Positions 52,121 through 64,000 of a stretch of 64,000 nucleotides of DNA are shown here, piece after piece. Position numbers and translations under genes: made by a program. The stretch covers positions 634-64,633 of the forward strand of contig CAXHJY010000110.1 of assembly GCA_964016885.1 (NCBI GenBank), written 5' to 3'. This stretch comes from Eledone cirrhosa. Its lineage: Eukaryota. Each line of letters opens with the position of its first letter. Position 1 is the stretch's first letter. The notes under the pieces are model-generated. The model did not search any database, was not told where the DNA came from, and saw only the letters and a program-made list of their open reading frames with translations.

Positions 52121-54587
52121 TAGAGACATTTAACGTAGAAGAGAACTGGGAGTTCTAAAAAATAACTTACTAGAGGCGACGGATGAGGTTTGTGGCTGGA
52201 GTAAGACCTCAAGCAGGAGAAGAGTGACTTGGTGGTGGAACAATAAGGTAGATGAAGCAGTCAAGGCCAAGAGACAGGCATGGAAAGAATGGAAGAACGG
52301 GGGGAGCAGGGTACATTACATAGAGACCAAGAGGGAAGCTAGACGACAAGTATACTTAGCTAGGAGGGAAGCAGAGGATAGAAAATTCAAGCATGTTTTA
52401 CAACGTGAGGACCAGAAACAGGAGGTATTCAAGATTGCGAGGCAGTGTGTCAGAGATAGTTGTGATGTCATTGGAGAGAAGTGTATCCGGAATGATAAAG
52501 GTGAGCTTGCCCTCACAAGTGCTGAGAAGAAAGATGCATGGAAGAGTCATTATGATAGATTACTAAATGAGGAGAATGCATGGGAAGAAGAGACCCTACC
52601 CCATGTAGACCCTATAGAGGGACCAGCAGTACAAGTCAGCGGCAGCGTAGTAAGTAAGGCAATCAGAGATATGAAGATGGGGAAGGCAACCGGTCCATCG
52701 GGTATAGCTGCCGAGATGCTGAAGGCATCTGGGTCTGTAGGTCACACTATAACCACACGTATCGTTAACCAGGTAATACTAGAAGGGGCCATACCAAAAG
52801 ATTGGTGCAGTAGCATCATTGTCAACTGCTACAAAGGTAAAGGCGATGCACTAGATAGAGGAAACTATAGAGGTATAAAGTTGATGGACCAGGTCATGAA
52901 AGTAACAGAAAGAGTTATAGCACAGCTGATTAGGGACCGGGTGAATATAGACGAGATGCAATTTGGTTGTACCAGGGAGAGGCACCACTGATGCCCTCTT
53001 CCTTGTGAGGCAATTACAGGAAAAGTACCTAGCTAAAAGTAAGCCACTCTACTTGGCATTTGTCGACCTTGAGAAAGCCTTTGACAGAGTTCCACGTGCG
53101 GTAATCTGGTGGGCTCTTAGAAAACTAGGAGTAGATGAATGGCTTGTGAAAGCGGTACAAGCCATGTATAGGGGAGCAGTCAGCAAAGTTAGGATTAGCA
53201 ATGAGTATAGCGAGGAATTTAGCGTACAGGTTGGGGTCCACCAGGGCTCTGTTCTTAGCCCTTTCCTGTTCATCATAGTCCTGCAGGCAATAACGGAGGA
53301 GTTTAAGACCGGATGCCCATGGGAACTCCTGTATGCTGATGACCTCGCACTCATAGCTGAATCTATGGTAGAACTAGAGAATAAATTCAAACCTGGAAGC
53401 AGGGACTAGCGAGAAAGGGCCTCAAAGTCAACATGACAAAGACTAAGGTCCTTGTAGTAGACGAGAAAACAGAACCCAGATCCCCTCAGGGAAATGGCCT
53501 TGCTCAGTATGTAGGAAAGGTGTAGGTAGGAACTCCATTCTCTGCCCCAAATGCAAACAATGGGTACACAAGAGATGTAGCGGGATCTCAGGAAGCTTAA
53601 TTAAGAATGTAGGATTCACATGCAGCAGCTGTGCTGAAACAGCAGCAAACAGCCACAGGAAACAAGTACCACCAATCTCTGGGAGGGCCCTGTAGAAACA
53701 GTAGACAGCTTTTCTGCTACCTAGGTGACCGAATTAGCAACGGAGGTGGGTGCTCAGAAAGTACAATAACTAGGGTAAGAACGGGATGGAAGAAGTTTAG
53801 GGAACTACTACCACTGCTAGCTGCAAAAGGCTTCTCCCTCAGAATGAAAGGCAGACTGTATGATGCGTGTATCCGAACAGCGATGTTGCATGGTAGTGAG
53901 GCCTGGGCGCTGAAGGTGGATGACTTACGTAGATTAGAGAGAAACGAAGCCTGCATGCTCCGATGGATGTGTAACAGTAATATACGTGAACGACAAAGCA
54001 TAAAGGAATTGAGAGAGAGACTGAGAATAAGAGGAATCAAATGCTGCATGCAGGAGAGGCGGTTACGCTGGCATGGACATGTGATGCGTATGAAGGATGA
54101 CAGCTGCATAAAAAGGTGCAGAGCACTAGAAGTTGATGGAAACCGCGGGGTGGGGAGACCCAAGATGACTTGGGATGAGGTGATAAAAGCCGACCTTACC
54201 CAACTACACCTCTCAAAGTCAATGACACACGACCGTGACTTCTGGCGTCACGCAGTAATACAGGGTACCCGACCTCCCATGGGTACATGCTGAAGCATAT
54301 AAACAATATGCCCCCACTCCCCCCACCGCAAGGTGGTCGTGGAGGTGCCACGGCAAAAAAAGCACCCAGCCCACACTGTAAAGTGGACGTGTAGGCGCCA
54401 CGAAAAAGCACCCAGCACTCACTGTAAATGAGGTTGGTGTTAGGAAGGGCATCCAGCTGTAGAAATCAAGCCAGATCAGTTCCTGTATGAGCAAGGCATG
54501 GTCAGCCGACCAGACACTGCCCACAACAGGACAACCCGTCTAACCCATGCTAGCGTGGAAGAACGGACGTAAAACGGTGATGATGAT
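52121..54587 (+). mobile_element. 5'-truncated family A LINE (copy A3), frameshifted
   Basis: Near-identical to 56469-58938, with several 1-2 bp indels and a (TGA)n tail. Confidence 0.95.
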
Positions 54588-54878
54588 ACATATATATATA
54601 TATATACATATATACATATACATATATATACATATATATACATATACATATATATACATATACATACATATACATACATATATATATATACATATATATA
54701 CATATACATATATACATATATATATATACATATACATATATACATATATATATATATACATATATACATATATATATATACATATATATATATATACATA
54801 TATATACATATACATATATATATATACATATATATATATACATATATATATATATACATATATATACATATATATATA

Positions 54879-57800
54879 GTTATTTACCATGCGACCCTCA
54901 GTTCCTACCCCCCCCCCTCTCTATGCACTTCTTTAAGGCTTACTACCCTGTCTTTAACCTAATTCATTCAATCTGAAAATATTGAAGAGATAAGACACTT
55001 TCCCATTCTTCTCTGCTAAAATGTACCACTAGAGCTGATTCAAATTTTCCCAGCCAGCCATCCATCTAATCTACGAAGGTATTTTAGCCTACATATTGTC
55101 GTTAATATTATGATGTTCCCTGCTGTATTAGCGTTAAATTTTCCCTGCTGTATTAGCGATAAATTTTCGAGGGTTTCTCTTAGTAGCTTTTTTCATGACG
55201 TTATTATTGTTAATTTTACTGATGTAGTATTAACTTGGATATTTACCATGTGACCCTCAGTTCCGACCCTCAGTTCCTACCTCACAATTTCCCTCCCCCC
55301 CCCACCCCCACACACCACCATAGTCTATTCGACCAATCAAACCTAGCATGCCATTTCCACTGCTGCTGCTGCTACTACCTGCCTAACTAACTCTCTCCTC
55401 CTCTGGCGCATCCCAACACACCCTGCCATTACCCCACCACCACTGTCCTTCTAGCCCTCAATTTTCCCACCGTTATGGATGGATGAGCTGGGAATACACG
55501 AGCAACTCTGAATCAATAGATGAAATATGAATCTGCGAGCTACCAAGCACCCACGTGAAGCGCCAACCCAGAGACCCTCCCCTACGAGTGTCGACAAATG
55601 CCCAAAACTCCGAGTTGGTACCATCAATGTAGGCTCAATGAAAGGAAGAGCAGGAGAAATCGTAGAAATGCTAGAGCGAAAGGAAGTTGATGTATGCTGT
55701 GTGCAAGAGACTAGATGGAGAGGAGGGTCTGCTAGAGTCCTTGTAGGAAAAAGCCAGTGCTACAAATTTTTCTGGGTGGGAAATGACGATGGGATGGGTG
55801 GTGTAGGTATACTATTAGCTGACAAGTGGGTAGATAAAGTAATCTCAGTGTACAGGGTAAATGCAAGAATCATTAAACTCAGACTAGTCCTGAATAAGAC
55901 AATTACCACAATAATATCAGCTTACGCACCCCAATCGGGGCTGCCAGACGAACTTAAGGATAGGTTTTACGAGTCCCTAATACACACTACTGCTCTAACA
56001 GACGACAAGGACTTCCTAATCATTGCAGGAGATTTTAACGGACACGTAGGTAAACACTGCGACGGCTTCAATAGAGTACATGGAGGCCATGGAGTTGGCA
56101 CAAGGAATGAGGAAGGATTCAGACTTCTAGAATTCTGCGACGCCAATGACATGTCGATATGTAACACAAACTTTAAAAAACCCGACAACCACCTGATCAC
56201 CTATAGATCAGGGGAGCACTCTAGTCAGTTAGATTTTATCCTCATCAGAGGACGTGACAGATGGACGGTCGTAAACACAAAAGCCTTCCCTAGTGAGGAA
56301 TGTACATCCCAACATAGCTTAGTTGTCAGCGACCTCACGGTCAGAACTAGACGAGCCCTGAAACAGAGGCCAACCTGGAGAAGAAAGATCTGGAAGCTGA
56401 AAGTCCCCTCAACCAGTAACAGATTTAAAGATATTTTACTCAACGCCTACGACAGTAAAGAAGAACAGATAGAGACATTTAACGTAGAAGAGAACTGGGA
56501 GTTCCTAAAAAATAACTTACTAGAGGCGACGGATGAGGTTTGTGGCTGGAGTAAGACCTCAAGCAGGAGGAGAGTGACTTGGTGGTGGAACAATAAGGTA
56601 GATGAAGCAGTCAAGGCCAAGAGACAGGCATGGAAAGAATGGAAGAACGGGGGGAGCAGGGTACATTACATAGAGACCAAGAGGGAAGCTAGGCGACAAG
56701 TATACTTAGCTAGGAGGGAAGCAGAGGATAGAAAATTCAAGCATGTTTTACAACGTGAGGACCAGAAACAGGAGGTATTCAAGATTGCGAGGCAGTGTGT
56801 CAGAGATAGTTGTGATGTCATTGGAGAGAAGTGTATCCGGAATGATAAAGGTGAGCTTGCCCTCACAAGTGCTGCGAAGAAAGATGCATGGAAGAGTCAT
56901 TATGATAGATTACTAAATGAGGAGAATGCATGGGAAGAAGAGACCCTACCCCACGTAGACCCTATAGAGGGACCAGCAGTACAAGTCAGCGGCAGCGTAG
57001 TAAGTAAGGCAATCAGAGATATGAAGATAGGGAAGGCAACCGGTCCATCGGGTATAGCTGCCGAGATGCTGAAGGCATCTGGGTCTGTAGGTCACACTAT
57101 AACCACACGTATCGTTAACCAGGTAATACTAGAGGGGGCCATACCAAAAGATTGGTGCAGTAGCATCATTGTCAACTGCTACAAAGGTAAAGGCGATGCA
57201 CTAGATAGAGGAAACTATAGAGGTATAAAGTTGATGGACCAGGTCATGAAAGTAACAGAAAGAGTTATAGCACAGCTGATTAGGGACCGGGTGAATATAG
57301 ACGAGATGCAATTTGGGTTTGTACCAGGGAAAGGCACCACTGATGCGCTCTTCCTTGTGAGGCAATTACAGGAAAAGTACCTAGCTAAAAGTAAGCCACT
57401 CTACTTGGCATTTGTCGACCTTGAGAAAGCCTTTGACAGAGTTCCACGTGCAGTAATCTGGTGGGCTCTTAGAAAACTAGGAGTAGATGAATGGCTTGTG
57501 AAAGCGGTACAAGCCATGTATAGGGGAGCAGTCAGCAAAGTTAGGATTGGCAATGAGTATAGCGAGGAATTTAGCGTACAGGTTGGGGTCCACCAGGGCT
57601 CTGTTCTTAGCCCTCTCCTGTTCATCATAGTCCTGCAGGCAATAACGGAGGAGTTTAAGACCGGATGCCCATGGGAACTCCTGTATGCTGATGACCTCGC
57701 ACTCATAGCTGAATCTATGGTAGAACTAGAGAATAAATTCCAAACCTGGAAGCAGGGACTAGAGAGAAAGGGCCTCAAAGTCAACATGACAAAGACTAAG

Positions 57801-58938
57801 GTCCTTATAAGTAGACGAGAAAACAGAACCCAGATCCCCTCAGGGAAATGGCCTTGCTCAGTATGTAGGAAAGGTGTAGGTAGGAACTCCATTCTTTGCC
57901 CCAAATGCAAACAATGGGTACACAAGAGATGTAGCGGGATCTCAGGAAGCTTAATTAAGAATGTAGGATTCACATGCAGCAGCTGTGCTGAAACAGCAAG
58001 CAAACAGCCACAGGAAACAAGTACCACCAATCTCTGGGAGGGCCCTGTAGAAACAGTAGACAGCTTCTGCTACCTAGGTGACCGAATTAGCAACGGAGGT
58101 GGGTGCTCAGAAAGTACAATAACTAGGGTAAGAACGGGATGGAAGAAGTTTAGGGAACTACTACCACTGCTAGCTGCAAAAGGCTTCTCCCTCAGAATGA
58201 AAGGCAGACTGTATGATGCGTGTATCCGAACAGCGATGCTGCATGGTAGTGAGACCTGGGCGCTGAAGGTGGAAGACCTACGTAGATTAGAGAGAAACGA
58301 AGCCTGCATGCTCCGATGGATGTGTAACAGTAATATACGTGAACGACAAAGCATAAATGAATTGAGAGAGAGACTGAGCATAAGAGGAATCAAATGCTGC
58401 GTGCAGGAGAGGCGGTTACGCTGGTATGGACATGTGATGCGTATGAAGGATGACAGCTGCATAAAAAGGTGCAGAGCACTAGAAGTTGATGGAAACCGCG
58501 GAGTGGGGAGACCCAAGATGACTTGGGATGAGGTGATAAAAGCCGACCTTACCCAACTACACCTCTCAAAGTCAATGACACACGACCGTGACTTCTGGCG
58601 TCACGCAGTAATACAGGGTACCCGACCTCCCATGGGTACATGCTGAAGCACATAAACAATATGCCCCCCCCCCCCCACCGCAAAGTGGTCGTGGAGGTGC
58701 CACGGCAAAAAAGCACCCAGCCCACACTGTAAAGTGGACGTGTAGGCGCCACGAAAAAGCACCCAGCACTCACTGTAAATGAGGTTGGTGTTAGGAAGGG
58801 CATCCAGCTGTAGAAATCAAGCCAGATCAGTTCCTGTATGAGCAAGGCATGGTCAGCCGACCAGACACTGCCCACAACAGGACAACCCGTCTAACCCATG
58901 CTAGCGTGGAAGAACGGACGTAAAACGGTGATGATGAT
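54879..58938 (+). mobile_element. Full-length RTE-type LINE, family A (copy A4), intact ORF
   Basis: ~650-bp 5' UTR, a single 1039-aa ORF, a ~290-bp 3' UTR and a (TGA)n tail, with (TA)n on both sides. Confidence 0.97.
55527..58646 (+). CDS. Non-LTR retrotransposon polyprotein: APE endonuclease + reverse transcriptase with internal PHD-type zinc finger
   Basis: APE motifs GTINV, CVQET, SAYAP, AGDFN, LDFI, SQH. RT motifs YRGIKL, QFGF, FVDLEKAFD, GVHQGSVLSP, LYADD, FCYLG. C4HC3 insert at ~57848-57990. Confidence 0.96.
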   Translation: MNLRATKHPREAPTQRPSPTSVDKCPKLRVGTINVGSMKGRAGEIVEMLERKEVDVCCVQETRWRGGSARVLVGKSQCYKFFWVGNDDGMGGVGILLADKWVDKVISVYRVNARIIKLRLVLNKTITTIISAYAPQSGLPDELKDRFYESLIHTTALTDDKDFLIIAGDFNGHVGKHCDGFNRVHGGHGVGTRNEEGFRLLEFCDANDMSICNTNFKKPDNHLITYRSGEHSSQLDFILIRGRDRWTVVNTKAFPSEECTSQHSLVVSDLTVRTRRALKQRPTWRRKIWKLKVPSTSNRFKDILLNAYDSKEEQIETFNVEENWEFLKNNLLEATDEVCGWSKTSSRRRVTWWWNNKVDEAVKAKRQAWKEWKNGGSRVHYIETKREARRQVYLARREAEDRKFKHVLQREDQKQEVFKIARQCVRDSCDVIGEKCIRNDKGELALTSAAKKDAWKSHYDRLLNEENAWEEETLPHVDPIEGPAVQVSGSVVSKAIRDMKIGKATGPSGIAAEMLKASGSVGHTITTRIVNQVILEGAIPKDWCSSIIVNCYKGKGDALDRGNYRGIKLMDQVMKVTERVIAQLIRDRVNIDEMQFGFVPGKGTTDALFLVRQLQEKYLAKSKPLYLAFVDLEKAFDRVPRAVIWWALRKLGVDEWLVKAVQAMYRGAVSKVRIGNEYSEEFSVQVGVHQGSVLSPLLFIIVLQAITEEFKTGCPWELLYADDLALIAESMVELENKFQTWKQGLERKGLKVNMTKTKVLISRRENRTQIPSGKWPCSVCRKGVGRNSILCPKCKQWVHKRCSGISGSLIKNVGFTCSSCAETASKQPQETSTTNLWEGPVETVDSFCYLGDRISNGGGCSESTITRVRTGWKKFRELLPLLAAKGFSLRMKGRLYDACIRTAMLHGSETWALKVEDLRRLERNEACMLRWMCNSNIRERQSINELRERLSIRGIKCCVQERRLRWYGHVMRMKDDSCIKRCRALEVDGNRGVGRPKMTWDEVIKADLTQLHLSKSMTHDRDFWRHAVIQGTRPPMGTC

Positions 58939-59002
58939 ATATATATATACATATATATACATATATATACATATACATATATATATATATACATATATAT
59001 AC

Positions 59003-59035
<33 letters not shown>

Positions 59036-59260
59036 CATATATATACATATATATACATATACATATATATACATATATATATATACATATATATACATAT
59101 ATATACATATACATATATATACATATACATATACATATATATACATATACATATATATATATACATATACATACATATATATATATACATACATATATAT
59201 ATACATACATATATATATATATACATACATATATATATACATACATATATATATACATAC

Positions 59261-59297
<37 letters not shown>

Positions 59298-59318
59298 CAT
59301 ACATATATATATACATAC

Positions 59319-59351
<33 letters not shown>

Positions 59352-59372
59352 CATACATATATATATACATAC

Positions 59373-59407
<35 letters not shown>

Positions 59408-59440
59408 CATACATATATATATATACATACATATATACAT
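58939..59440. repeat. (TA)n tract with TACA interruptions
   Basis: Seen directly. Confidence 0.95.
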
Positions 59441-62209
<2,769 letters not shown>

Positions 62210-62226
62210 TTTTTTTTTTTTTTTTT

Positions 62227-64000
<1,774 letters not shown>

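Noticed and set aside
57401-58516. Antisense ORFs recurring in the LINE copies
   Set aside because: They are shadow frames of the RT ORF and recur only because the copies are near-identical.

Overview
Eukaryotic, repeat-saturated window with no recognisable host protein-coding gene, rRNA, tRNA gene or CRISPR array. The tRNA-derived SINEs resemble Octopus families, so this is probably a cephalopod genome (recognition from memory, unverified). Positions 1-34.8 kb and 51.7-64 kb are (TA)n microsatellite packed with retroelements whose ends run into the TA tracts. Three related RTE-type LINE families (A, B, C; APE endonuclease + RT) all carry a C4HC3 PHD-type zinc finger inserted inside the RT domain, and one A copy at 54879-58938 has an intact 1039-aa ORF. 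The TA tracts also hold a BovB-like RTE with three C-terminal C2H2 fingers, a CR1-type 3' fragment, a Naiad-like Penelope (GIY-YIG) element and several short non-coding Penelope-type elements. Four complete minimal type I hammerhead ribozymes can be read directly in the Penelope-type elements. Families A and B carry in their 3' UTR a module that family C carries in its 5' UTR, and that module also occurs on its own. The 35-51 kb stretch is older intron-like or intergenic DNA with SINEs, decayed LINE fragments and a (GA)n-TGGRGTGCAA satellite. The long I/Y-rich and S/L-rich ORFs in the supplied track are microsatellite artefacts. All identifications come from reading the sequence; no searches were run.
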